NCBI RefSeq assembly: GCF_000181795.1
Contig: NW_003526941.1
Span: 5,826,099 to 5,890,098 of the forward strand
DNA: 64,000 nt
Direction: 5' to 3'
DNA from: Trichinella spiralis
Taxonomy: Eukaryota
The translations under genes were made by a program, and so were the position numbers. Below are positions 39,701-53,271 of the stretch, one piece after another. Every line of letters begins with the position of its first letter. The first letter of the stretch is position 1. The notes beneath the pieces are model-generated. The model saw only the letters and a program-made list of their open reading frames with translations, was not told the DNA's origin and did no database searches.

Positions 39701-39785
39701 GAGAGTTCAACAGAAGAATTTGCACACAGTCAGAAAAGGACAACACTTCATAGGCAAGATTAAGATGAAATTGCCAATGGTCCAT
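36751..39785 (-). CDS. MLH3: MutL homolog 3 (MutL-gamma subunit), multi-exon, with a degenerate GHKL domain
   Basis: N-terminal LNS..IIDDGDGM..GTTITVQKLFSKTPVRQK. C-terminal endonuclease motif FDQHAVSERVRLEQL (~38135-38180), VIAQYDCKFVIC, ACRG-IRFGD and PFHCAHGR. There is no PMS2-type WNCPHGRPT. Confidence 0.85.
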
Positions 39786-40296
39786 GATATAAATTTTGTT
39801 GCATTCTGGCTATTTATCAAGCTAATTTAAAACACAACAGTACTTGGAACTAAGTTCGATTGTAGATTTGGAAATAACATTGAAAGACCAAAACATGTCT
39901 TATACGTTTCTAGTGTATAATACTAAATGATCGAATTTACAACATCCTAAACAAAGAAAAATCAATAACATTTAAAAAAACTGAAGGCAAAAATTATGCA
40001 ACATAAAAAACAATATACAGTATTTTTTATAACACTCAAGTATAAAATAATAGTAATTACACTGTAAGTATACAATTTCATCAGTTAAAGCTAATTTCTT
40101 TTATTTAATTTCATTCAGTATTTAATGAATTGAGTTTATGTATAATTTAAAAGCATGAAGGTTGTTCATCGTGATTTTTAAAAATTCACAAAGATGGGAG
40201 GAAATTTTACTTTCATTCACAATACGAAGAATGGAATCACGAATTTTTCTATTCATAATAAGAGACTTATTCTCTTAACAATTAATAACTAAAATA

Positions 40297-41319
40297 TTAT
40301 GGGTTAACTACATTTGTCGGAGTCAAAACATAAGTGTTACACTGTGATCGTCGATAATCCACTGAAACACGTAACACAGAACATATTTCAGATAATGAAA
40401 TACGATACTCACTGAATCGCACAAAGCAAAGCACAGAAGGAAGAATGCAAGATAACATATAAAAGTTTAACAACACCAATAAATTAAATTGCTCAGTGAT
40501 TATACTATAAGCAGTAACATTAAAACCAGCAGAAATTGCGAAAATGCTCAAAGGAAGATGATAGGCAATATTTGGACAAATGAAAATCCACTTGTTCATG
40601 AGAAAATATGCATTAAAATGTTGTCTACTCTGATTTCCTTCCAAATTGAAATATCTTGGTTTAAAATGACTCAAAAAACAGCTTCTAAAAGCGTAAATGC
40701 AAAGTGCGATACAAGGAAATAAATTTAATAAAACCAGACATGACCAATGTGTGACATTCAATGGCAAATTGTCCATCATTTTCCCAAAAGCAGACGGCTT
40801 AACTTCATAGCAAGGCGTTGGGCCATTTTCTACCGTACCGTCCGGCAAAACCGCGTGCGTTACCCATGAAGGCAATGTTATCAAACAAATTGCCACAAAA
40901 CTTCTTGAAACTCGTCGAATCACAACGCACTGAGAACAATTTGAAAACAGAAAAGACTGAAAATTTCTCGAAGTTTCTCGAACAAGTGAATCACAAATGG
41001 CTGCAGTTGAGACCCACAACCACAAAGTGTACAGTCGATTTACAAGAACTGCTATCACTAATGCAAGTTTGCTGTAAACAGTCAAACGACTTGAACATTT
41101 ATATACGTTATCTGAAGATTTCAATATCAATATGCAAAGCAAAAAGGAAGAAAATATATAAGTACAATCACAGATCGATATAACAGTGGATAACCATTTT
41201 AAAATTGAACAAACTATTAATCGCCGTAATATTATCAGATGAAGGATGCATAAAAATACAGCTAATGGACAGAAGATTACATAAACAATGTAAAACTGTT
41301 CAGAAAAATCCACAGCCAT
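40297..41319 (-). CDS. Intronless seven-transmembrane receptor-like protein (GPCR/chemoreceptor-like), 340 aa
   Basis: About seven hydrophobic segments; class-A-like features (TM2 SICD, Cys before TM3, TM5 LFP, TM6 HLP, helix-8-like FSEYR). Confidence 0.6.
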   Translation of the reverse strand: MAVDFSEQFYIVYVIFCPLAVFLCILHLIILRRLIVCSILKWLSTVISICDCTYIFSSFLLCILILKSSDNVYKCSSRLTVYSKLALVIAVLVNRLYTLWLWVSTAAICDSLVRETSRNFQSFLFSNCSQCVVIRRVSRSFVAICLITLPSWVTHAVLPDGTVENGPTPCYEVKPSAFGKMMDNLPLNVTHWSCLVLLNLFPCIALCIYAFRSCFLSHFKPRYFNLEGNQSRQHFNAYFLMNKWIFICPNIAYHLPLSIFAISAGFNVTAYSIITEQFNLLVLLNFYMLSCILPSVLCFVRFSEYRISLSEICSVLRVSVDYRRSQCNTYVLTPTNVVNP

Positions 41320-42371
41320 CGTTTATGGATATTATAATGTAATAATAAATCTCTATTATAAACACATGTCTAAAATCAATGTGAACAGATTTGCTTGAAA
41401 CAAGTATTACATGATAAAGATGGTACTCGGACAAAATGACACAATGATCACGTTCGATTTTCGTAAAGCAAACAGTCAGTAATGGAATATTCAATGCCAG
41501 ATTTAAGCACTCATTTTTCAACATTGCACTCCCTTATGCAAAAGTAATAAAATCGATTCTCTCATGAGTGCTTTGTCAAATAAACATTTCCACTTTTAAT
41601 AATACATACAAGGGTTATTGTAATTGTTATTTAAAAAATATCTCAACCTTAAAGCATCAAAATACCTTGATGAAGCCCACTTTCCGGAAACTTTGCTTTT
41701 TTATAAATATCATTCTTACATTTAGCATTCTGGTAAGTACACAGGTATTAGATTCGCAATACTTTTCTGGCATATGACAATAAAGTTAGGCAAAACGCAT
41801 CTACATCATAAATTACTTACCAGAATAAAAGAAATATGAAAGTATTTTTTAAAGTTATAATCTTTAATATCACTTCGGTACTAATTCATAATTCAATACT
41901 TACAACGGTTAACTTGTTTACTTTTTTTAAAACATCATGGATGACGAGTAACTTTCGGTAATTACTGCATATCTTGACAATCCCATTCCTACATTCCTAC
42001 GGTAGAAATGGAATATTTCGTCAATTATTTGTGTGATTTTTCAATAAAAATCAACTCTCAATACAAATCTGTTTGCAAACCTCTTCTGCGAAATCTTGCT
42101 TACAAATATTCCCATTTTATTCGAGCAGATTCTTCGAAAAGTTTTCTTATATCCATTTGTTTCACCCTATTAATTAATATTAGATTCTGAAAATTAAATT
42201 TATTGACGAAATTGTCAAATATATTACATATAATATTTAAAAATATGAAAAATTCTTGATGAAATTGACGAATCCATGAATTTTTAATCATTATATAAAA
42301 ATAAATACAATTCGAACAATAACAAAATTACAGTATTTACAGCAATAGTAATAATAAAGTGCAAATGACAT

Positions 42372-43058
42372 TTAAAAGGTTTTAAGGGATTTCGCCTTAA
42401 GAGGTTTGGTTTTATACAACAGCTGCTGTGCAACCAGCGTGCTCATAAAATAGTAAAGCCGACACTGCTTATACGACTTGAGTAAAATTCTGATGAACCA
42501 AACTTCCATGCAAACAAAGAGGAGCATAATAGCGAGGAAAATGGAAGCACCGATGCGAATTGCCTTCTTCAGCCAAAGGGTGTCAACTTCTGTATGAAAT
42601 GGTGTCGTGACATCCATGCATTGTTGTGGATGAACGAAAGCTAAATAGATGATGAAAAACGCGAACACGGTGCACATGAGAGTTGTGGCGATTTTCACAA
42701 CAAGCTGAGGAAGCAAGAGTAAATAATGTCGTCTGCATATCGCATATGTGGCAATGGCTGAACTCGCATAAGAAACCCAGCATACCGGAACAGTGAATGT
42801 CAGCCAGCTAGCCGTCAAAGCGTTGTTGGTAACATTTGCATAAAACAAAATACCCCTAACGACTACTGCTGACCAGAAAATAGCGTCGACGATGCTTGTC
42901 ACCACTACTGCCGTTTTGATTCGCAGTCGACCGCAGAAAAACCTTTCATTATGAATTAGGAAATCAAACTGATTATCCGACGTGGTTGTTAGCTGATTCT
43001 GGTCATATTTTGTCAACCAACGTGAATTGCACGTATTGTGATTTCTGAAATATTTCAT
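42372..43058 (-). CDS. Intronless four-TM membrane protein, 228 aa
   Basis: FFCGRLRIKT motif before TM1, four hydrophobic helices, YLLLLP after TM2; resembles LAPTM-like small nematode membrane proteins. Confidence 0.65.
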   Translation of the reverse strand: MKYFRNHNTCNSRWLTKYDQNQLTTTSDNQFDFLIHNERFFCGRLRIKTAVVVTSIVDAIFWSAVVVRGILFYANVTNNALTASWLTFTVPVCWVSYASSAIATYAICRRHYLLLLPQLVVKIATTLMCTVFAFFIIYLAFVHPQQCMDVTTPFHTEVDTLWLKKAIRIGASIFLAIMLLFVCMEVWFIRILLKSYKQCRLYYFMSTLVAQQLLYKTKPLKAKSLKTF

Positions 43059-44348
43059 ATTTTTCCAAAGCTATTTCTCGCGACAACTACGTCTGAACAA
43101 CTCCGAACAATTTTAATCTGAGCAGTTTACGCTGAGTTTCTCTTAATACAGGATAGAATATATTCCTTGGGGAAAATTTCAGTTGCTCTTCTGAACATTC
43201 ATTCACAAATCAATCATGTAATTGAAGGAAAATTTCATTTTGAACTGCCTCTGAGGTATCAAATTTCTATCACTTAATCTTCATTTCAGTTAATCGTGGC
43301 AGCTAATCTGCACTATAAAATTTATTTATTTAAACAGACTGTAACGTATGTTTTGCAGCGGCTGAACAGTGTTCTACAGTGTTTCCTGTGCGCTGTTTCC
43401 ATTGCCTATTGAAGAAAAAAGTGCACAAGCCATCTGCAGCATTCAAAAGGATAGTTTTAAATTGTCAAATCGGAAGATATTTTCATAAATAAAACCTACA
43501 AAAATATTTTAGAACCCCCAATTAAATTCAATTATAACAACTGCTGACTTGGAATCAAAACATGCGTTAGACAACAGATTATACAAACGATAAAATAAAC
43601 AGTGAATTTCATTTGAATTTTCAATTTTATGATTCATGATCTAGATGCATCAACTGATGAAACTAAATTTTAGTTTATCACATATATTATTCAACATAGA
43701 AACGTCAACAAAATAAATAACACATAAAAAGCATGGATGCAGCAGAAGAAAATGATTACTTTTCAAATTAAAAAAACATTACAATCAATTACTGTATAAA
43801 TTAAAATAATAAAGTTATCATCTTACGGTATTCTCAACCTAGCAAGTATTTATAAAACCTGCTGGTAAAACAATTTACTCACTACTTATTAATTTCTTGT
43901 AATAAAACTGAAATACAGTGCTGACTAATGCTCCGTGAAATAAAATAAAATTTTATTTTTGCTAATTACAGTAATTCTTTAGCAGTTTCACTGTGCAACG
44001 CTGAACTTCAAAATTGACCTCAACCTATCCCCAACAGTGTAGCTGACACAGAACTGTCATCACTTCGACTTGTTTTTAAAGGTAAAACGGTTGCTTTGTC
44101 TGCGCAGCATCGAATCTGCAATGAATATTTGTTTGTAGAAAAGGAGAACACAGAAAACATATCATTTTCTAATCAATAAACTTCAGCTCAGCAGAACTTC
44201 TGAAACTTAATTGAACTGCTCACTGTTACAAACAATAAAGGTAGCAATTTCTGAAGTATGAAAACCTGCTTCCATTAAATTCAAACAACAACAGAATTCA
44301 AACATCACTACTGCTACTGTAATTGTTGTGTTTTGAAAACAAGAAAAG

Positions 44349-44801
44349 ATGCGTTTCAGAATATTCATCTTATTCACGCTGACTATTATATATACGATTA
44401 CACCTTCAGAAGGGCGTACACGTTGCGTCAAAGCAATCGGTAAGCTGATTTGTAAAGCAAATGCTACGCACGCAGTCGACGTGGAAATCGAATTATTCGA
44501 CGATGACGGTAACCAGTTATATGTTTTAAAGAAAATTTGATAATTACCAATCATGCAAAACGTATTGTATGCCTTAGGATTTTTGAATCCTGACGATCAA
44601 ATGGGATGGACTACCTCCAATGACGACGGTACTTTCCATGTGGAAGGATGTGGTTACGACTTTTTGTCTGATCCGGACCCTTATCTAAAAATTTGGCATG
44701 CATGTGGTGGTGGATCACATCGCTATTATCGAACGCCGATACAAATGATTTTTCAGCCTGAAGTAAACGATTTTGGAGAAATAGTACTCGATCAAGAATA
44801 G
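44349..44801 (+). CDS. Transthyretin-like (TTR-52 family) secreted protein; exons 44349-44508 and 44578-44801
   Basis: Signal peptide, VKAIGKLIC, VEIELFDDD.G..PDD.M..T.S..DG.F.V.G, DPYLKIWHAC and DFGEIVL are typical of the nematode TTR family. Confidence 0.9.
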
Positions 44802-45050
44802 AAAAAGAAAACAAACTGAATAATCTTTGCTATATTACATTGCTTTTCTTTGCAATACTGAAATATGTACACTGATTTTTTCGTAAGCAATCAAAATTAA
44901 TTCAAATCACTAACAAGTTAATAAATAAAAATAGCACAGTTTGCAAAATGAATAAATAAATTTGAAACAACACTTTTTGAGCATTGTATTTCTCTTTGTA
45001 AGCAACGAATGTTAAAACGAATGAATGTAAGGCAAACGTACAGCAGCTTT

Positions 45051-46740
45051 CTATGAAAGGGAAATTTTTTTCGAAAAATCGTATTCGATAGTCGGAATTA
45101 CAGACTGAACAAATTTAAGAAAAACAATCATATACCTGAAAAGAAAAAATCAACAAATAGAAATATTGAACATACAAAAACATACTGATGCACCATCAAA
45201 CGACCTCCATCTTCTTCAAATCGTTCAATCAAACGCTTCATCATTTCAGCATGACGACAAGGGTGAATTGAAGCCATCGGTGGGCTCGGTATGTGAGGAT
45301 GCGTTTCTACAGTAATTGTCTTTTTTAAGTGATCTTGTGAAAAATCTTCATACATTTCTTTTACAGTCAGTAGGGTCTTATTCTAAGAACAAAAAGTACC
45401 TTTCAAGGCGTCAAAATTAAGAAACGTTTATTTAAAAAATTCACCTCGTCATATCCAAATAACCACATTCGTGGAACTTGGTAATATTTATCATAGGTAA
45501 TGCTTAAATCATACGTTCTAGTACGCCGTATATTGTCTTCAACACTGTTCATACATTTTGGCCTTACGGTAACTAATGTGTGCTAAAATTAATATAATCG
45601 GTGATTTCTTAAAATAAAAGAATAACACAATATATGTATTTATTCAGATTATGAAAATCATACATGCTTTGTGTAATATTTTATCTGTTAAATTTTAATC
45701 AGAAAATGCATTGCAGTAACAATAAAGTGCATACTGGATCTTCTTCTTCCAATCCATTTGTAAAAAAATCGTCCATACTAGCAGCTGGCGTATTATCATC
45801 ATCATCTTCTTCTTCTTCAACTTCTCTTTGCTCCATGTCATTCTTGAACGCTTCAGTGCCTTTAAATTCCATGCTGCATGGTTGGTTTGCTTCACTGTCT
45901 GCTTCAGCTAAAGAAAATAAGTAAATTAAAAAAACATCAAATAAACAATAAGCAAATGACACTGCAAATGACATATATACATATGTATATGTATATATAT
46001 ATATAATGCAAAACCATTCATTATTCATTTTTCTTCGGTTGATAAACATAAAGAACTCACGACTATAATAATGTGTGTCTACCCATCCTTCATCACTTTC
46101 ACTTTCTTCAATAATTTTCTCTTGTCCTTGCAAATATTCAATGTCTTTGCAACGCCGGTAGCAAGGAACTTAAAAAAATAAAAAAAGCCACACATAAATA
46201 TATAATACAAACCGACGTTTTAGCTTACCATTTTTTGTAACTAAAAACTGTTTGTCCTTTGGCAAGTAAGCTTTCACAGAAGCACTGTCGCCAGTCATCC
46301 ATTGCCACGTTGGACACAAAAAAACCAAATGATCGCCTGCTTCAACAAACTAAATATGGAAATAAAATAAATATATTTAAATCAAAATTTTCATTTTATT
46401 CATTTTTACTAAAAACAATATAACTAACAATTCTCCAAACTAATTAAAGCTAGAAGTAATAATAGGCAGAACTGCATGCAACAAACATAATTGCATTATT
46501 CAAAAAATTATCTTCTTCAAATTGCATTTGATGCAAAAAAATAAGAACAAAATAAAATACTTCATCAGGTGTAATGACGCCCGATTCTCTGAATTTTGAT
46601 TCCTAAACAAAAAAGCATTATAAAGCGATAAAACAAGTATGGAAAAAATTAACAATATGACAGTAAACCTTGAGAAGAGGAGTAAAATATGTTGCTACAC
46701 CAAGTGCAGAGCTTTTAAAAGTATTGACGAAGGTATCCAT
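45051..46740 (-). CDS. ATG3: Autophagy E2-like enzyme ATG3, multi-exon
   Basis: [76 protein letters not shown], catalytic [23 protein letters not shown]; stop at 45051. Confidence 0.95.
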
Positions 46741-47885
46741 TTGCAAAACAAAGAATAGCAAAAGTCAGTGTAAATTATGCAGCAATCTGTGAACAGCAAA
46801 CAGTATACAACTAGAAATTCAAGTATGATAAAATTGCTTCAATTGTGGAAATTAATTGCATGATGTATTTTTTATAAAATAAATTTAAAATTATTAATTG
46901 AAACTTCAGAATAAAACATAAAAAATTTTTTTTCAATTTTCAGACGGACATGAACCTAAAAACTTCAGTATCACAGTTGCGCAATTTGAAAAAATGCAAG
47001 AGCATTTCAACAACAAGCCAATAGCATTAAACTTGTTTTACATTCTTCTTTATCTGTTTACAGTATTCCCATATCAAATATTCTTGAAAAGGATGCCAAA
47101 GATTTTATATATTTTGTTGTTTGAAAACTTTTTACTGTACATAAAAAATTACATTTAAAATTGAAAATACAATTTTTTTACAGTTATTTTCCCATATTTT
47201 GACCTTTTTCTATTGTTATTAATGTGGTTATTGTCAATCAATTTCATTTTAGAATTTTGTTAGTTATAAATTAATTTAAAAATAATGTCTTTGATTCAAA
47301 TATGTTATATAAATATGAAATTAACGTTAAGGTAAGAAAAATGTTATAAGATATTCACTTCCACCATTTTTTATGCTTGCCTAAAAATTCAGTAATAACT
47401 ACTTTTACCGGAGAGCATAAAAAATATATTTGAAGGCATAGTTCAGGGCTAATTTCAACTTACATTACATCACAATGAAATGACTATAATAATAAATTTT
47501 ATCAACATTCAGTTTTTGCAGTATATTAAAACTGAATTTTGATGTAAAACATGAATTAATTTAGTATTACTGTAACACTTGTCACGTTTGTTGTTTCTTA
47601 TAATTTTTTATTAAGGCTTTGTGTATAGTTGTTTTTGTTAAAACTTTATAATAATTATGATGTGTATATATTGCTTTATTATAATATCATAATAATCATG
47701 ATATTTTGATGTTAGATATAAACGCATTTTTTACCAGCTGCTGAAATTAATATTCACTTTTTAATAGATGATAATGCATTAATTGTGTATTTCATAGAGA
47801 AATCAGTTATTTTGAGTAAAATGTTGAAACTGGTGTGTGCTGGAATGTTTTTATTATAATATGAAATTTGTTTAGCAGAAATACA

Positions 47886-50846
47886 ATGGAGAAGAAAGAA
47901 CCACCATTGTCAGCTGTACTTCTTGCTGAACCGTTCAATCCAGTGCTGTCGTTTTTTGAAAAGCCTTCTGTAAATATTATACTGTGAAAATATGCGTTAA
48001 TTTGTTGCTTTTTTAGTATCTAATCCCTCTTGTCAACGTTCCACTGATTGACTATGCCTTGGAGTTTTTGAAGACTTTGAACTTGTCGCATCTTTTTGTA
48101 GTTACTTGCGACAGTAGCACCACTGTAAAAGAACACGTTCAGTATGTATTTTTTAATTGTTTTGTAATTCATTTCTATTTAATGTTTTTTATTCATATAT
48201 GAAATGGTTAGCATAGGCATTTGTCTGTTTTTATGAGTAAATTAATAATGATGAAAATTTCAGCGTTCAAAAAAATATTGAATTTTCCATTTCAGGCGCC
48301 GTTTGATTGGGCATGAATTTTTGGATAATTTAACTTTTGTTAAATGCGATGGTTGTTATTCAGTTGCTGACGTTTTTCGAGACATTGATCAAAGGGCATT
48401 GATAAAAAATGACTTTTTGTTTTTGCAATCTGGCTTTTTGTGCAATAGCAATCTGCAGTCAGTCATTGACGAACATCGGTTAAATTTTAATATTTTCTTT
48501 TTTTTGTAAATTGTTAGTCGGCATTAAAATTTACGTTGAAATGTATTTCAGTGCTCGAAGAAAAAAGAATAAATCTTGCATTATGACAATTTTGTGTCGG
48601 ACATGTCCTAAGGAACATCCATGTAGATCACGCTGTGATGACTTGGTTGTCGAACTGGAAGAGTCAACACAACGTTTGTTGAATTTCCGACGTTTGGAAG
48701 GTGATGAATCTAGCTTAACATTGGCTTCGGTAAGCTTTTGTTTAAATGTAAATGTATTTTGTGATATTTCAAATAAATTGATTACAGAATGCATCGATGA
48801 CTTTTGATCTTCTGGACTGTCGTGCATGCATTTGTACAGCTCAAGTACCACCTTTGTTTTCCGATAATTTTGACTTTCAGACTCTAGATGACCTTATGAG
48901 AGAAGTTTTGATAAATGAGGAGGTTTGAAATAAGGTTTCATAATCATTAAAAAAATAAAAATTTATGGTGTTTTAGATTTTGGGCCATACTGTGCACGTG
49001 GCAACAGTTGATGATTGTTACGCTGCTTCCGTACATGATTATCACAGTTATTTGAGCATTAGGCAATTGATTTCCATTTAAACAGATGGTGCAGCAGTTA
49101 AATTGATCATACTTTGATTTTAGTCAAAACATCATGGAACGTTGGAGTTATCCACTTACACCAGATTTGTTTTATTTTAATGTTGAACATTCAATAATTC
49201 CGAAACCTTGTTATCGTTGGAAGCAAAGAAATATTTACTCGCATTTGCAAGAAGCGCAAGTTGAAAAGTAAGTTTATAGGTGTATCTGAAATGATATTCT
49301 GTAACTTTGTTTTAAGAACTGTTAAACTGGGAAAGAATGTTACCATTGGAAGTGGATGCATCATTCGTGCAGGGACTGAGATCGTGAACAGTGTAATTGG
49401 CAATAATTGTGTAATAGGTGAATTAAAATATTTTGAATTGATTTTTGCAATATAAATTTAAAAAAATATGTTTTTAACAGAAAGTAACTGCCGAATTTCT
49501 AACTGCATTATTTGGGAAAATGTGTTTATTGGTGAATGTTGCGTAGTAAAGGAAACTATATTAGCGAATAAGTCTGTCTTGATGGACCATTGTCATGTAG
49601 GTCCTCGGGTGGTGATTGGTTCGAAAGTATAATATTTATCTTTTATTTGCCTATATGTATATTATGAATTTTTGTTTTTCACAGGTGACGGTTGCACATG
49701 GAACTACGTTAGCTGATGGTCGCGTTATATGCGGAAAAAAATTGGATGACGATATAGAATCAGTTCCAGCGTGTAAGATGAGTTTTTTTTGAATTTTTTA
49801 TGGTTTTTTGTCTGGAATATTGCAATTTATTTTTCAGCACAATGCAAATATGACGACAGTTCTCCGGCTTTAGAATTGCGTGCAGGAAATCCTGGAGAAG
49901 AAAGCCGCAAAAGCTTTTGGCCTGCTTGGTTTCCATTGGTTGTCGTCAAAGCTGCCCCTTTAGCATTAGTCAATGAATTAGATGAAACTGATGCTGATTT
50001 CTCGATGGATCTGGAAAAAAATATGGTCGATAGAGATTATCGATGTAATTATTTTTTAATAATAAAAAGATAAGTGATTATTATCCTGTTTGGGTTTTAG
50101 TATTTTGCACTGAAGTTCAAGAAAGTTTAATGCAGGGTGCAGAAGAGAAAGTTCCAAGTGAAAATATGATTTTGGAAATTAATTCTTCAAAGTGAGAAAA
50201 TGGAAATTTTATTGAAGATTAACTGAAATTATTGACATGCTTATTGCAGACATGCGTACAATGTAACTATGGAACAAGTCTATCAGGCGGTTGTTAATGG
50301 TTTATTTCAGTTGCCATTGGAGCAGGCAAACTGTCAGTTATCAGCTGTTGATTACTGGAAGGCACTAATGCCAGTATTTTTTGCATTCTTGTTTTTTCTT
50401 TAAATCATTTATACAGTTTGATTGGATTTCAGGTGATGCGTTATTTGGAACCAGTACTGAAAAATTATTTTAAAAATATTCAGTCTCAGCAAATTCTGCT
50501 CGATGTACTTTTGGTATGGCATACAGTTTATTATTATTATTGTTAAGTGTATTAAATTGTGAAAGCTATTTCAGAATTTAGCTGTTCAAAACGATTGCAT
50601 TCAGTCAGCATTGGTTCGTATTGTTCATTCGCTGTTTGAAATGGATATTTTGGAAGAGGATCAAATTTTGAATTGGTACGAATCGATGCATAAAAATTCA
50701 TTGGGTGCTGTTAAATTGAAGGTAAGAATTTTGCTTTTAATTAAAAAGAAAATTATTCCATGCAGTTGTATGTATTTTTTGTTCAGTTGGAACCTCTGGT
50801 GGAATGGTTACGTCAAGCAGAAGAAGAATCATCAGGAGAAAGTTAA
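47886..50846 (+). CDS. EIF2B5: Translation initiation factor eIF2B subunit epsilon, many short exons
   Basis: LSAVLLA, LIPLVNVPLIDYALEFL, SVADVFRDID, LFSDNFDFQ, RWSYPLTPD, hexapeptide repeats (LGKNVTIGSGCII), LEINSSK.AYN, W2 domain (DILEEDQILNW; VEWLRQAEEES). Confidence 0.93.
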
Positions 50847-51044
50847 ATTTAAAAGTGAAAAGCAATTTTGAAATAATAAATTTATTGTTTAAAATTAAGT
50901 GCTTTTACTGTGATTGGCGGCGTAATTTAAAATTTTAAAAATTGTTTAAAGTGGTTATTTTAAAGGGCAGTTTAGTTTAAATTTAGTCAATTATTGAAGC
51001 GAAATACGAATTCTGTTCATTGTATCTTTTTCTGTTCTGCTGCG

Positions 51045-52726
51045 ATGGCGGTGTCCAACAGTAAAGCGACGATTTCCGACTGGGTTGCGAATATTCTGAA
51101 TATGGGGTCTGCTGCTTTGATGGAAAGAACTATATGTGAAGAGAAAGAACTGATCAAGCCTGATCCGCAGGGTTCGAAGAATTTTTCACTTTTGGAAAAT
51201 CAGCCAAAGAACCGTTATCGAGATATTCCCTGCTTGGACCGCAGCAGGGTAATACTGCGTGGTTCTACGTCTGACTACATTCACGCAAATTGGGTTACGG
51301 TACCGGAAATGGGAATTCGTGTAATACTTACACAAGGTCCAAAAGAAAACACCCTCTCTGATTTTTGGGATATGGTTGCGCAAGTAAGTTTTTATTTTAT
51401 TTTTAATTCATAAAATGAAGTAATTGTTTAAGATTGAAACATTTTGTTCGATTTGTAACTTTATTGTTGTTGAAGAAAAATATGTGAATAACTTCTATTG
51501 CTTATTGTTCATGTTATTTAATTTTTAAGGAGGATGCGATGCTTTTGACAAATTTGGTGAAGACGGAAGAAATAAGCACCGATAAATGCGTCAAATATTA
51601 TCCTGAACTTCACAAATCCACCAAATGTGAAGGCGCTGATAATTACATCGTGATTTGTACCAGAGTAAGCAAAAAGCAGTTCTTCACTAAAATGAAGCTT
51701 GTGTTGTACTGCAAAAAGACGGAAGAACGCAGAAACCTGGTCCTGTTCACGTACAACGAATGGCCAGATCACGGTGTGCCAGCATGTGGTCAATTTGTGC
51801 AGTTTGTCCGGTACATCATAAAATGCATGAAGAAAATGAATAATGAGCAGCACATGCTTATTCACTGTTCAGCTGGCGTCGGTCGATCAGGAACTTTATT
51901 GGCTTCAATACGATTGTTGTTGCAGTTGGAAGCTGGAGAAAGGCCAAACGTATTTCAAGTGGTAAACTCAATAAGGCAAGAGAGAGCACGGGCTGTACAG
52001 GGGCTGAATCAATACAGGTTGCTGTATTGTGTTATTCTCTATTCTTGTATTTTGTTCAACCATGTTCCATCAGATAAAGTTGCTGATGTGAAAAATATAA
52101 TCAGAAGTCTGCTGAAAAAGAAGCAGAAGGTTCATAGTGCTCATAAAAGAAAATCTGAACTTCGGATTGAGAACAACGCTCCCTTGGAATTATCTTGTAC
52201 AGCTATGGAGAATAGTGCTGTGTTGAGCACTTCAAAAGTCGATGATTCAACTGCACATAGCTCGATTGCTATAGAAAAAGAAGCAGAAGCTGTAGTGAGA
52301 GCGCATTCATCCCTCGCATTAACGGCATGCCAGGATTTTGATGATAGTCCCACTTTGGAAAATGAAGCAAAACGCACAAGTTCGAAAGGCTTCCTTGACA
52401 GACCAAAAGAAATATTTGCAAAACATACAGTATCCCCAAAGCAGGTGAAATCTGCCGACAAAAAGAAACAAAGTGATAGAGTAATTTTTGTTTATTTTAT
52501 CATTTGAATGAAAAAACATTTTCACTTCAGAAAAATGCAAATATAGCAATCTTGTCCTATTATATTTTGTTGCTTAATTTTCCGGTTTCAGGTGAATAAT
52601 TGTTTTGTTGTATTTCAGGTGAATTCAGCTTCGAAGCCTCAGAAAAGTAATAAGAGTCGTAAAAGTAAAAAATCTAGTAATAAAAGTAAGAAAGGAAAGT
52701 CGAAGAAAAAACACACGAAACAATGA
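51045..52726 (+). CDS. Classical non-receptor protein tyrosine phosphatase with a Lys/Ser-rich C-terminal tail
   Basis: KNRYRDI, DYIHANWV, TQGP, DFWDMV, WPDHGVP, IHCSAGVGRSG and AVQ..QY motifs are intact; the last exon 52619-52726 is inferred. Confidence 0.88.
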
Positions 52727-53271
52727 TTAAACCTGCATTTCAAATTCTCTATCTGCAACTTTGTAACAAACTGCTCTCCCGGGCGCACTATGACGCTTCG
52801 TTTATTGTATATTTATAATTGAAAATTTGCAACTGTTTTTCTTTAGATAGATAAATTTTTATTTCAAGATTTTCTGCATTTTCAAATGGAAAATTGTATT
52901 TCAAATTTACTGAATATTTTTTATGGTGTTTTGTCCATATTTTTTAAACACTTTTCGTTGCAAAATGTGCGCAGTATATTTGATCAAATAAACACTGATA
53001 GCTTATCATTTTTACTGACTATATTTATGACAGCGATACAGTATGAGCATATATAAAAAGTTAATTGAAAACATTATTTAATTTTAGGAGTTAATTGAAA
53101 TATATATGTATACTAAGTTAATTTAACCTAATGTAATTATTTTCCTTTGGAAAGATTGAATTTATTGAAATGTTTGAATATTATAATTATATTATTACTT
53201 TATAATCTTTTATTACAGTAATAGCAACAGCCTTGCAAAGTTTAAATTAAGAACGCTGTTTGGGATTGTTA

